Shown piece by piece: positions 31,318 through 40,591 of a DNA stretch of 64,000 nt. The stretch covers positions 251,911 through 315,910 of the forward strand of contig CAWJKZ010000015.1 of assembly GCA_963843575.1 (NCBI GenBank). Reading direction: 5' to 3'. Source of the DNA: an uncultured Acidobacteriota bacterium (GTDB lineage: Bacteria > Acidobacteriota > UBA6911). The translations under genes and the position numbers were made by a program. Under the pieces are notes generated by a model. That model was not told where the DNA came from. It saw only the letters and a program-made list of their open reading frames with translations, and did no database searches. How positions within the stretch are numbered: the first letter of the stretch is position 1; each line of letters begins with the position of its first letter.

Positions 31318-32451
31318 AATACTCGACAGACCCTCACGTAAGACTGGCGAAGCATCTCGACGACCTGCCCGGGGGATTCCCCCCGACGGACAGCGGTGTC
31401 GAGTTACGTATCCTGCGCAGGCTCTTCTCCCCCGACGAGGCCGAACTGGCGCTGCATGTCAGCCTCATACCTGAGGAGGCGCGCGTCATCGCCCGGCGGG
31501 CGGGGCTGGGCCTGAATGAAGCCGGCCTGCGGCTGTCGGCGATGGGGCGCAAGGGGCTCATCTTTGAGCTGACACAAGGGTCGGGACCCACCCAATACGC
31601 TGCCGCCCAGTTCGTGATCGGGATCTGGGAGTTTCACCTCAACGACCTCGATCCCGAGCTGATCCGCGACTTCAACGAGTACCTGCCCACCCTGGCCGGC
31701 GAAGCCCTGAAGTTCCCACAACTGCGCACCATCCCGGTCAACCGCAGCCTCGCGCCCCAGCTGACGGTCCTTTCGTACGAGAAGGCGGAAGCGTTGGTCG
31801 CGAGGGCGCAAGAAACTGCTCGTAGCCCCCTGCATCTGCCGACGCGAGCGGCGCATGGCGGGGGAGGGCTGCAGCGCCCCCGAGGAAGCCTGCCTCGTGT
31901 TTGACGCGGGGGCCGACCTGTTCGAGCGCAACGGCTTGGGGCGGTTCATCGACCGGCGCGAGGCGCTCGACATCCTCGGGCGTGCGGACGACGCGGGATT
32001 GGTGCTTCAACCCGGGAACAGCCAGGCCTCGATGAACATATGCTGTTGCTGCGGGTGCTGCTGCGGCGTGCTGCGGAGCATCAAGAAGTACCCCAAACCC
32101 GCGTCGCTGGTTTCGTCACCGTTTGTGGCCGAGTATTCGGCGGATTCATGCAGCGGCTGCGGCACTTGCACGAACCGCTGCCAGATGGACGCGCTGCGGC
32201 TGGAGGCGGGGAAGGTCGAGCTCATTCGCGAGCGCTGCATCGGCTGCGGCCTCTGCGTTTCCACCTGCCCGACCGATTCGCTGGTGCTCGTGCGCAAACC
32301 CGCGTCGGAACAGCCGAAGGTGCCCAAGGACGGGATCCGGGCCGTGATCGAGCTGGGCCGGTCGCGCGGCAAACTCAGTCCCGCCGGCCTGGCCCTGATG
32401 GTCGTGAAATCGAAAGTGGACCGACTGCGCGCCCTCCGCCTGCGGCAATGA
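31314..32451 (+). CDS. 4Fe-4S dicluster protein with N-terminal HTH-like region (frameshift near 31815)
   Basis: LDDLPGGFP N-terminus; PCICR; ICCCCGCCCG; CSGCGTCTNRC and CIGCGLCVSTC ferredoxin motifs. Confidence 0.85.
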
Positions 32452-32460
32452 TGCGTAAAC

Positions 32461-32703
32461 AAGTGGGTCCGGGCTTCAGCCCGGACGCCGTTTGCGGTCG
32501 CTATCGAGCGCAACTGTTGCTGAATAGGGCAGACCTAAAGACGTCCGGGCTGAAGAGGCTGTCCAACGGTTGAACCACCCGCTCTGCCCGTAAGACAAGT
32601 GGGTCCGGGCTTCAGCCCGGACGTCTTTTGCAGTAGCTGTAAAGTGCATCTGTCACGATATGCAACGGCTTTAAAAGCGTCCGGGCTGAAGCCCGGACCC
32701 ACT
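32461..32703. repeat. REP/REPIN cluster
   Basis: REP+ at 32461 and 32597; half REP at 32543-32554 fused to GAGGCTGTCCAACGGTTGA (32555-32573); inverted REP at 32679-32703. Confidence 0.9.
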
Positions 32704-32724
32704 GAAGCACGAGGGGAAACAAGG

Positions 32725-33684
32725 ATGAGGGATGTACGGGTCGCCAGCGTGCAGTTTGAGAGCGCTGCGGGAGACAAGCAGGCGAATTTCGAGAAGGTGG
32801 AACGGTTTGCCCGCGAGGCGGCCGGCAAGGGTGCCGCCATGGTGGTATTCCCCGAATGCTGTCTGACCGGGTACTGGTTCATGCGACACCTGACGGTGCC
32901 GCAACTGGCGCAGCTTGCCGAATCTGTGCCGGAAGGCCCGAGCTGCGCGAGGTTGCGCGCCATCGCCGTGCGGCAACGCATCAGCGTCGGGGCCGGTCTT
33001 CTCGAATCTACGAGCGTAGGTGTGTTCCACAACACCTACGTGGTGGCCATGCCCGACGGCACGGTCGTGCGGCACCGAAAACTGCACGCGTTCGAGCACC
33101 CCGCGATTCACCCCGGGGCTGAGTACACGGTCTTCGACACGCCGCACGGTTTCCGAGCCGGCCTGCTCATATGCTACGACGTCAACATCGTCGAGAATGT
33201 CCGGATTGCCGCGCTGCGCGGCGCAGAAGTCCTGCTGGCGCCGCACCAAACCGGTGGCTGCCGGACACGAAACCCGCACCTGATGGGGGTAATCGATCGC
33301 TCCCTGTGGGAGAACCGCCGCGACGACCCCGGGGCGATCGAGCAGGAGCTGCGGGGAGACAAGGGCAGGGGGTGGCTGATGCGCTGGCTCCCGAGCCGCG
33401 CGCACGACAACGGCCTCTTCCTGGTCTTCAGCAACGGCGTCGGGATCGACGACGACGAGGTCCGGACCGGCAACGCGATGATCCTGGATCCCGTACGGCC
33501 GGATCCTGGCCGAGATCTGGGAAAGCCGGCGACGACATGGTGGTCGCGGACCTCGACGCCGCGCTGCTGGAACAGGCCACCGGCCGGCTCTGGCTGCGCG
33601 CCCGGCGACCCGATCTCTACGGCGAGCTGGCCGGTAGCGACCGGCCTCGAGCGCGATACCCACCAGCTCAAGTTCGAGGAATAG
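32725..33684 (+). CDS. Nitrilase family / carbon-nitrogen hydrolase (local frameshifts near the C-terminus)
   Basis: MRDVRVASVQF, VFPECC, HRKLH, ICYD, SRAHDNG, RARRPDLYG. Confidence 0.9.
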   Translation: MRDVRVASVQFESAAGDKQANFEKVERFAREAAGKGAAMVVFPECCLTGYWFMRHLTVPQLAQLAESVPEGPSCARLRAIAVRQRISVGAGLLESTSVGVFHNTYVVAMPDGTVVRHRKLHAFEHPAIHPGAEYTVFDTPHGFRAGLLICYDVNIVENVRIAALRGAEVLLAPHQTGGCRTRNPHLMGVIDRSLWENRRDDPGAIEQELRGDKGRGWLMRWLPSRAHDNGLFLVFSNGVGIDDDEVRTGNAMILDPVRPDPGRDLGKPATTWWSRTSTPRCWNRPPAGSGCAPGDPISTASWPVATGLERDTHQLKFEE

Positions 33685-33734
33685 GGCAACTCTAGCCTTC
33701 GGAGCTTCAGTCTTGAGTCTTTGAGGATGCAGGG

Positions 33735-35634
33735 TCACACCTTGTCGGCGGGTATGACCAGGACCGGACGATCCGCCCGCGCCGCCACGTCGAGCATCAC
33801 CTCGTTGTGCTCCAGGAAGGATTTCAGACGAGGGCTGTAGCTTCCGATCACGATCAGGTCGTGCTCGGCCGCCTGCTCCAGTATGCCGGCGGCCGGCGTC
33901 GTGGCGCGTCGGACGAGCGCGTTGGCTTCGATATCGACGGCTCGCATGCTCGCCACCGCCCGGTCGAGGTGCTGGCGCATCAACGTTTCGGTGTCGTTCT
34001 GCCCGACACTGGCGTGGAAGAGTGTCACCGACGCGCCGAGGCGCCGCGCAATCCTGCCCCCCTCGATCACGTTGCGCTTGCCGGGCTCGCCCACGGCGGT
34101 GCAGATCATCATCTTCTCGATCCTGACTTTCGTCCCCTTGATCAGCAGCACCGGGACATCCGCGTGCTGCAGCACCGAGATCACGGTCGGGCCCAACTGC
34201 CTGGTCTTGGCCCGTGACCTCCAGGCCCGGCACCTTGGCCATCCGGGCGGCAGCGCCGCCGTGACGGGGCGGCAGCGCCAGCATCACCATTTCGTAGAGC
34301 GACTCGGACCAGCTCGGCCGCCATCTGCTCGGTGGGATCGCCGTAGCGCGCGTGCCACTGGGCGCTGCGCAGCGCCGATTCCCTTTGCGATCGCAGCGAA
34401 CCAGCCCGGAGGGCCCCCGCCCGATTCGGGGGCGGGCGCGATCCCGAGCACCGTCACCGAGGCCTGCAGCCGTTCCGCGAAGTGGCAGGCCACCTCCAGC
34501 GATGCGGGGTCCTCGCCCGCCGGGTGGTACAGCACACGGCGCGCGGCCTTCTTCAGGATGGTCCAGCCGGACAGGGACGTCCACACGGGATCGCCGGTCA
34601 GCCTTGTATCGGGCGGCAACGTGGCGTCGACGAGCAGCCCTTCCTCGCCGAAAGCGAGGGCCGGAGCCACCTGGCGCGTTCCCGGCAGATGGGGGAGCCT
34701 GAGCCTGACGCGACGGCACGAACCGGCGAAGCTCTCTTCCACCAGGTTCCCCATGCCCAGGACAGGCGTGCCGGCGGGCGGAATCGGGATCCCGCAATCA
34801 CCTGCTCGGGGCGGACAAGGAGCAGGACCCTCGCCCCGTCTTCGTGGGGATTGTCCGGCGGTATGGGCAAGCCGCAAGGGATCCGAAGCGCGCCTCCCCT
34901 GCCTCGGCCCGCCCCACGATCAGGGTCCCGGCCCCGAGAAACGAGGCCGTGTAGAGCGTCGACGGGCAGCGGTACAGCTCTTCGGCAGATCCGACTTCAA
35001 TCAGCCGGCCGCGTTCGAGAACACCGATGCGGTCCGCCAGTTCGAATGCCTCGTCCTGATCGTGCGTCACCAGGATGGTGGTCACCCCGAGGCGCTGCTG
35101 GATTTCCTTCAGGTTCCTCCGGAGCTGGCCCCGTATCTTGACGTCGAGGGCACCAAACGGCTCGTCGAGCAGCAGGACCTTCGGCTTGTGTGCGAGCGCG
35201 CGGGCCAGGGCGATGCGCTGCTGCTGCCCGCCGGACAGCTGGTGAGCGTAGCGGTTGCCGAGGCCCGCCAGCCCTACCATGTCCAGGAGTTCCTCGCAGC
35301 GGAGTCTGCGCTCCCGCTTCGGGACCTTGCGAATCGCCAGGCTGAACTCGATGTTCTCGATCACGCTCATGTGCCTGAAGATCGAGTAGTTCTGGAAGAC
35401 GAACCCGGTCCCGCGCTCCTGGGGCGGCAAGGCCGTGACGTCGCGGCCGTGCAGCAGGATTCGGCCCTTCGTCGGCTCCGTCAAGCCCGCGATGATCCGC
35501 AGGATCGTGCTTTTTCCCCCTCCGCTCGGACCCAGCAGCACGAACAGTTCGCCATCCCGCACTTCCAGCGAGACGTTGTCGACGACCCAGAGGCTGCCGT
35601 AGGATTTGGCCACGTTCTCGATGACGATTGACAC
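33735..35634 (-). CDS. cysA: Sulfate/thiosulfate ABC transporter ATP-binding protein fused to tandem USP domains (frameshifted)
   Basis: Walker A GPSGGGKS, FQNY Q-loop, LSGGQQQR, LLLDEPFGALD, VTHDQDEA. C-terminal USP1 (RRVLYHPAG...AERLQASVTVLG...GDPTEQ...VLQHADVPVLLIK) and USP2 (MMICTAVGE...ARRLGASVTLFH...HDLIVIGS...ADRPVLVIP). Fusion inferred across frameshifts at about 34200-34870. Confidence 0.75.
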
Positions 35635-35685
35635 TCTCGGGTCCCCTGCTGTCTACTTTCGCTTCCTGGAACTGACGTCACGGGT

Positions 35686-37136
35686 TCAGAAAGCCACTTG
35701 AATCCGGCTCAGCACCACGCCAAAACCGCGCTCCCCTTTCCGCGGCGCTCGCGCCGGGTCACCGAACCGCTCCCAGCCGAAATCGAGCATGTAGCGGACG
35801 TAGCGGTTGAGATACCAGTTCGGACCGAAGTATAACGTCTCGGCCCGGTTGTTTTTCACGCTTCCATCCGAGATCTGCAGGCTGGCATAGCGGACCTTCA
35901 GCTCCCACGCGCCGAAGCCGGGCCGAGCGCCGTCGCGGGTGAAAAGCTCGTGGCGCGGCACCACGGCCCCCGCCTCCGATTTGGTTTCCCCCGTCAAGAG
36001 CCAGGTGGCCTGGGCCATCCAGCCTTTGGCGACGACCCCGGGGAGATTCGCCCCGGCCGGGCCGAGGCCGTCGCGCCGCTGGTTGGTCTGATCGTATTCC
36101 GCGCGGATGGTAGCCGGGCCGAGGAGCCAGGTGAACTCGCCGTTGGCCCGGTTGTACCTGCCGTTCAGGGTATCGGGGGTAAAGAAAGAGGCGCTGCGGC
36201 TCTCCGTCTGACCGCGCACTCCCACGCCGCCGACGCTGCGGCCGCTCGTCCCGGCGCCGCCGAAAATCAACCCCCTGGCCCAGAACGATCCCGTGTGTTT
36301 CCACGGGGAGAAGCGCAGCCTCAGCGCGCTCTCCGGCGTGCCGTTGTTGTTGGGCGCGAGCAGCCCTTTGCCGTTGAACAGCCCGGCCTGGTACTCGAAC
36401 ACTCCCTTGCCGAATACCCCGGTTACCGCCATGCCCGGGCTGCGGCTCGGCGCGAGGTTGTTGACCAGCGAGCGTTCGACGAAGTCCTGGACGCTGTCGG
36501 AACGGAGTTCCTCCTGGCTGAACGGCATCTTGAACTGACCGAAACGGAACTGCAGCTGGTCGGCGCGTCGTATGTTGACGTAGAAATCGCGCAGGAGCGT
36601 GCTGCCGGTGTCGGCGAAGTCACCTTCGAGCTTGTATTCGTAATAGCGCTGCAGCCTCCCCTCCACGCTCAGACGGGCTCGCCTGACCAGGAAGGTGTTC
36701 GGCGGATGCTCGCCCGCCTGGTAGCCGCGGAAGTCGAGCTGGCCGTAACCCGCGATCTGGGTTTCGAAGCTGCCGTCCCCGTTCCGGATGAAGGCGTGGC
36801 TGTCGTTCCAGCCCGCGGATCCCTCGCGTTTCCCCTCGGGCTGCGACACGGCCCGGGGAGGTTCTGGCAGGCTGCCGCCAGCGGTTTGTTCCCCGTCTGA
36901 CCGGGTCGCGGCGGCGGAGGCGGGCACCGTGCGTTCGAGCGCGTCGATGCGCTTCTGCATCTCGGCGATCGCGCGTTGTTGTCGCTCGACCGTGCTTTGC
37001 AGTTGCTCGATCAAAGACACGCAGCGCCGGTCCGTCGACGCTAGCGCCCGCCGGCGTCCTGAGCCTGCGCCCGGCTGGCATGCGACAGAAGTAGAAAGAG
37101 GATTGCGGCCGTCAGCAGCAAAGTTCGCGAGTTCAA
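35686..37136 (-). CDS. OprO/OprP family anion-selective porin (frameshift after the signal peptide)
   Basis: AAAGGAG RBS and TTG start give signal MNSRTLLLTAAILFLLLSHASRAQA; coiled coil; FLVRRARL, GQFKMPFSQE, VERS, GAWELKVRY, GPNWYLN; C-terminal QVAF. Confidence 0.85.
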
Positions 37137-37209
37137 GCACTCTCCTTTCAGGACGCGGATGCGCGCGGATCCCCGCGGATCGACCTGGCGACAGGCCGGT
37201 CCGGCGTTT

Positions 37210-38067
37210 TCAAAGCCTTTCGGCACGCTTCCTGACGATCTCGATGGCCATGAGAAGGACGAAGGACAAGGCTGCGAGAGCGATGGCCATCGCGTAGGCG
37301 CCGGTGTAGTTGCGGTCGTCCAGCGAGCGCAGAATGTACAGGGTCGACGTTTCGGTGCTGCGGCTGACCCCGCCGCTCACGACCAGCACGGCGCCGATCT
37401 CGCCAAGGGCCCGGGCGAAGGTCAGCGAGATGCCGTACAGCAACCCCCAACGGATGGCAGGCAGGGTGACGCGGCGGAAAGTCTGCCACGAGCTGGCACC
37501 CAGGGTGCGGGCCGCATCCTCGTGATCCCGGCTCACCTGCTCCAGGACGGGCATCACTTCACGGACAACGAAGGGAAAAGAGATGAAAATCGTCGCCATC
37601 AGGATGCCCGGCCAGGCGAAGACGACCTTGATCCCCGTGCGTTTCAACACGGGATCGAACCAGCCGCCGGCGCCGAACAGCAGGATCAGCATGAAGCCCG
37701 CGATTACCGGGGAGACGGCGAAAGGCAGGTCGACGAGTCCATTGAGCAACCGTTTGCCGTGGAAATCGTCGCGCACGAGGACCCAGGCCACACACATCCC
37801 GAGGATGGTGTTGACGGCCACCGAGCCGAGGGCGATCAGCAGGGTCAGCTGAAACGAACTCGCCGCGTCATAGGATTTCAGTTCGCGCACGAAGGCCGGG
37901 AGGCCGCTGGACAGGGCACCCCAGAAGATTGCCGCCAGGGGCCCCAGCAGCAGCACCCCGGCATAAACTGCGGCCGTCGCGATCAGGGCGCCGCGGACGA
38001 GCGCCTGGCGCGAAACCTCCGGCCTCCGCCTCACGGCGGGCAGGTTCTCCGGCGTGCGCCCGTTCAT
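37210..38067 (-). CDS. cysW: Sulfate ABC transporter permease CysW
   Basis: LVDLPFAVSPVIAG, PFVVREVMPVL, EDAARTLGAS, ARALGEIGAVLVVSG; ATGA overlap with cysT. Confidence 0.9.
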   Translation of the reverse strand: MNGRTPENLPAVRRRPEVSRQALVRGALIATAAVYAGVLLLGPLAAIFWGALSSGLPAFVRELKSYDAASSFQLTLLIALGSVAVNTILGMCVAWVLVRDDFHGKRLLNGLVDLPFAVSPVIAGFMLILLFGAGGWFDPVLKRTGIKVVFAWPGILMATIFISFPFVVREVMPVLEQVSRDHEDAARTLGASSWQTFRRVTLPAIRWGLLYGISLTFARALGEIGAVLVVSGGVSRSTETSTLYILRSLDDRNYTGAYAMAIALAALSFVLLMAIEIVRKRAERL

Positions 38068-38900
38068 CCTTTCCTCCCCGCAACCCGCTGGAGGCGGTCG
38101 ACGGCCAGCATCAGGGCGAAAGACATGAGCAGCAGGACGACCGAGACGGCGCTCGCGCCCCGGGGGTTCTGCGACTCGATCTGGCCGTAGACGTATACCG
38201 GGGCCGTCAACGTTTTCATGGGGATGTTCCCCCCGACCACGACGATCGAGCCGAACTCGCCGAGCGCCCGCGCAAAGCTCAGGAGCGAACCGGTCAGCAT
38301 GGCCGGCCGGATCCAGGGGAAGACGATCCGCCGGAAGGTGGTCCACTGGGAGGCGCCGAGGGTCCAGGCCGCCTCCTCCTGCTGCCGCTCGGCTTCCATC
38401 AGGACCGGCTGAACCGCGCGCACGACAAACGGGTAGGTGACGACAAGCAGGGCGAGGATGATCCCAGGCGTGGCGAAAATGACCTGGATCCCGTGCCCGG
38501 CGAGCCACGCCCCCACGGTGCGTTGCGGGCCGTAAAGCGCCACGAGCATTACTCCTGTGACCATCGTGGGGATGGCAAACGGGACGTCGACCAGTCCGTT
38601 CAGCAGCACGCGCCCGGCAAACTCGTACCGCACGAGCACGAATGCCGTGAGGGTCCCCATGACGGTGTTGATCAGCGTGACGGCCAGCGCTGCCGCGACC
38701 GTCAGTCTGAGCGCGGCCCAGGCAGACGGTTCCGTCAGTTCGTTCCAGAACGCGTCGAGCCCCCCTTCCAGCCCCTTGTGGAAGACCGCGGCCAGGGGCA
38801 GGGCAATAATCAATCCCAGGTAGACGACCGCGGTGAAGCGCAATCCGAGGCGCGACGGGGAGGCTCCGCCCCGCCAGAGGTTTTCCGCCACAGCGCTCAC
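38064..38900 (-). CDS. cysT: Sulfate ABC transporter permease CysT
   Basis: VLVRYEFAG, DVPFAIPTMVTG, PFVVRAVQPVL, EEAAWTLGAS, ARALGEFGSIVVVGGNIP; GTGA overlap with sbp. Confidence 0.9.
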   Translation of the reverse strand: MSAVAENLWRGGASPSRLGLRFTAVVYLGLIIALPLAAVFHKGLEGGLDAFWNELTEPSAWAALRLTVAAALAVTLINTVMGTLTAFVLVRYEFAGRVLLNGLVDVPFAIPTMVTGVMLVALYGPQRTVGAWLAGHGIQVIFATPGIILALLVVTYPFVVRAVQPVLMEAERQQEEAAWTLGASQWTTFRRIVFPWIRPAMLTGSLLSFARALGEFGSIVVVGGNIPMKTLTAPVYVYGQIESQNPRGASAVSVVLLLMSFALMLAVDRLQRVAGRKG

Positions 38901-39976
38901 CGGGACCTCCGGATTTCCCCGACCGCCCTGCTGTATGCCCCGTCGGCCCCGTATATCTCCGTGCTCACCTGTTTCCATCCGCCGAGAAAATCGATCTTCC
39001 ACAGATCTTCCACGGGCGGATACAGGGCCTTGCTCTCCTCGGCGGCATTCGGATCGATGGGCCTCAGACCGTATTTCGCATAGATCCGCTGGGCCTCCAG
39101 GCTGCAAAGGAAATTGACGAAGTCCTCCGCGGCCTCACGGGTGCCGTGGTCGTCGACGTACTTGTCGATCAGCGCCACCGGGTTCTCGATCAGGATCGTC
39201 GAGCGCGGGATCGCGTATTCGTAGGTCTGACCCGCCTGCCGGCCGACGAGCACCTCGTTCTCGTAGGTGATGGCGACGTCGCCGACCCCCTTTTCGAAGT
39301 TGGTGATCGATTCGCGCGCTCCCTTGTCCAGGATGGAGACGTTGGCGAAGATACGTTTGAGGAGTTGCTGCGCCGCGGCGCGGTCGCCTTTCGGGGTGCC
39401 CGCGTAGCCGCGCAGGGCGGCACCGTAGATGGCGTTGATGTTCCACTGCGCGCCGCCCGAGGTCTTAGGGTCGGGCGTGAGGATGTTGAGGCCCGGCCGC
39501 GTGAGATCCGGCCAGTCAAGAATGTTGAGCGGGTTCCCCCGCCGGACCGCGATGACCACGATCGAGGTGCTCACCATGCCGCGCGACGGGTTCGCGCGCC
39601 AGTCGTGCGTGATCAGGCCGGCTTCCGCGATCCTGTCGATGTCGGCCTCGAGCGAGAGCGCGGCGATGTCGGCTTCGAATCCGGCGATGATCGCCCGGGA
39701 CTGCGCGCCACTCCCCTGGTAGGACTCCCGGAACTCGACGTCCTTTCCGGTCTTCCCCTTCCAGAACTTCTGGAAAGCCGGGATGATCGCCTTGCCGTAA
39801 GCCTCGCGCGGCGTCGTGTACCCTCCCAGGGTCAGGGTGACGGAGTCGCGACCCGTGGTGCGCGAACCCGAGCAGCCTGCAAACGCCATGGGGAGAATGA
39901 ACAGAAAGGCCATAACGGCCGGCCGCAGCCAGAGCAGAAAAGGCCTGGCGACGATGCGCCTGTACTTCTCGGTCAT
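38897..39976 (-). CDS. sbp: Sulfate ABC transporter substrate-binding protein (probable lipoprotein)
   Basis: SYQGSGAQSRAIIAGFEADIAAL, VRRGNP, TPDPKTSGGAQW, GDVAITYENE, ILIENPVA, FLGGW; lipobox-like FAGC. Confidence 0.9.
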   Translation of the reverse strand: MTEKYRRIVARPFLLWLRPAVMAFLFILPMAFAGCSGSRTTGRDSVTLTLGGYTTPREAYGKAIIPAFQKFWKGKTGKDVEFRESYQGSGAQSRAIIAGFEADIAALSLEADIDRIAEAGLITHDWRANPSRGMVSTSIVVIAVRRGNPLNILDWPDLTRPGLNILTPDPKTSGGAQWNINAIYGAALRGYAGTPKGDRAAAQQLLKRIFANVSILDKGARESITNFEKGVGDVAITYENEVLVGRQAGQTYEYAIPRSTILIENPVALIDKYVDDHGTREAAEDFVNFLCSLEAQRIYAKYGLRPIDPNAAEESKALYPPVEDLWKIDFLGGWKQVSTEIYGADGAYSRAVGEIRRSR

Positions 39977-40048
39977 GGAGGAGCCTTTCTCGCTGCGCTC
40001 CGCGCTGGGAACGCTCCTGTGACGAGTTGACCGGGATCCGCCTGCGGC

Positions 40049-40083
40049 AAAAAAAGGAGCACCGGGTGCCCCCGGGCTTCTCC
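40049..40083 (-). terminator. Intrinsic terminator in the riboswitch expression platform
   Basis: Minus strand GGAGAAGCCCGGG-GGCA-CCCGGTGCTCC-TTTTTTT, located between the aptamer and the sbp start. Confidence 0.7.
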
Positions 40084-40105
40084 TGAGGCTCGCGCGTCGC
40101 GAATG

Positions 40106-40256
40106 CCCTTCCCATGTGCCTGCGAGGTTAGCTGACGGACTCGGGCTGGAAGTACCCTACACAGCCGTTGGCTGCGATACGCCCCAGACTCTGCCTGAAT
40201 GCAGAGCGACGGTTCCCCCGCGTTGCTCGTCCTGCTGCGAGCAACTTCAGCAGACA
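40106..40256 (-). ncRNA. c-di-AMP riboswitch (ydaO/yuaA class)
   Basis: Minus strand GCTGAA-[hairpin GTTGCTCG..CGAGCAAC]-GCGGGGGAACC-[hairpin]-GGGGCGTATC-[hairpin]-GTAGGGTACTTCCAGCCCGAGTCCGTCAGCTAACCTCGCAGGC..GGGAAGG matches the ydaO-yuaA consensus blocks in order. Confidence 0.9.
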
Positions 40257-40265
40257 GCTGTCATG

Positions 40266-40294
40266 ATGCTAAACGGGGCAATCCGGTTTGTCAA
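40266..40294 (-). promoter_or_regulatory. sigma70 promoter of the riboswitch/sulfate ABC operon
   Basis: Minus strand TTGACA-N17-TAGCAT, ending a few nt before the aptamer. Confidence 0.75.
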
Positions 40295-40298
40295 CGAC

Positions 40299-40567
40299 AG
40301 TGGGCCCGGGCTGAATAGGCTGTCCAACGGTTGAACCACCCGCCCTGCCGCAAAACAAGTGGGTCCGGGCTTCAGCCCGGACGTCTTTTGATCTGATCTA
40401 TTTGGCGGCGGGCGCACGTTATAGCGACCGCAGACAGGGTCCGGGCTTCAGAGGCTGTCCAACGGTTGATTGTGAAGTGCGGCGCCGAGGCGCCGCACTC
40501 CAGATTAATTCAGTTCGTCCTGATTGAACGTCAACCGTTGGACAGCCTCTGAAGGCCGGACCCACTT
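40299..40567. repeat. REP/REPIN cluster containing a MITE
   Basis: Half REP at 40299-40315 + TAGGCTGTCCAACGGTTGA; REP+ at 40357-40382; split REP around 40451-40549. Confidence 0.9.
40451..40549. mobile_element. 99-bp MITE-like element with 19-bp perfect terminal inverted repeats, inserted in a REP loop
   Basis: GAGGCTGTCCAACGGTTGA ... TCAACCGTTGGACAGCCTC, flanked by GGGTCCGGGCTTCA and TGAAGGCCGGACCCACTT; internal hairpin AGTGCGGCGCC-GA-GGCGCCGCACT. Confidence 0.75.
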
Positions 40568-40591
40568 GTAGTCAAGGTTGCCGCGGCGCGG

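Noticed and set aside
32599-32724. N-terminal extension of the nitrilase ORF and other small ORFs reading VGPGFSPD or SGLKPGPT
   Set aside because: These are translations of REP sequences, not genes.
40106-40256. SAM riboswitch expected upstream of sulfate genes
   Set aside because: Lacks SAM-I/II hallmarks such as ATCAAGAG...GCAACC...GGTGC. The conserved blocks match ydaO/yuaA instead.
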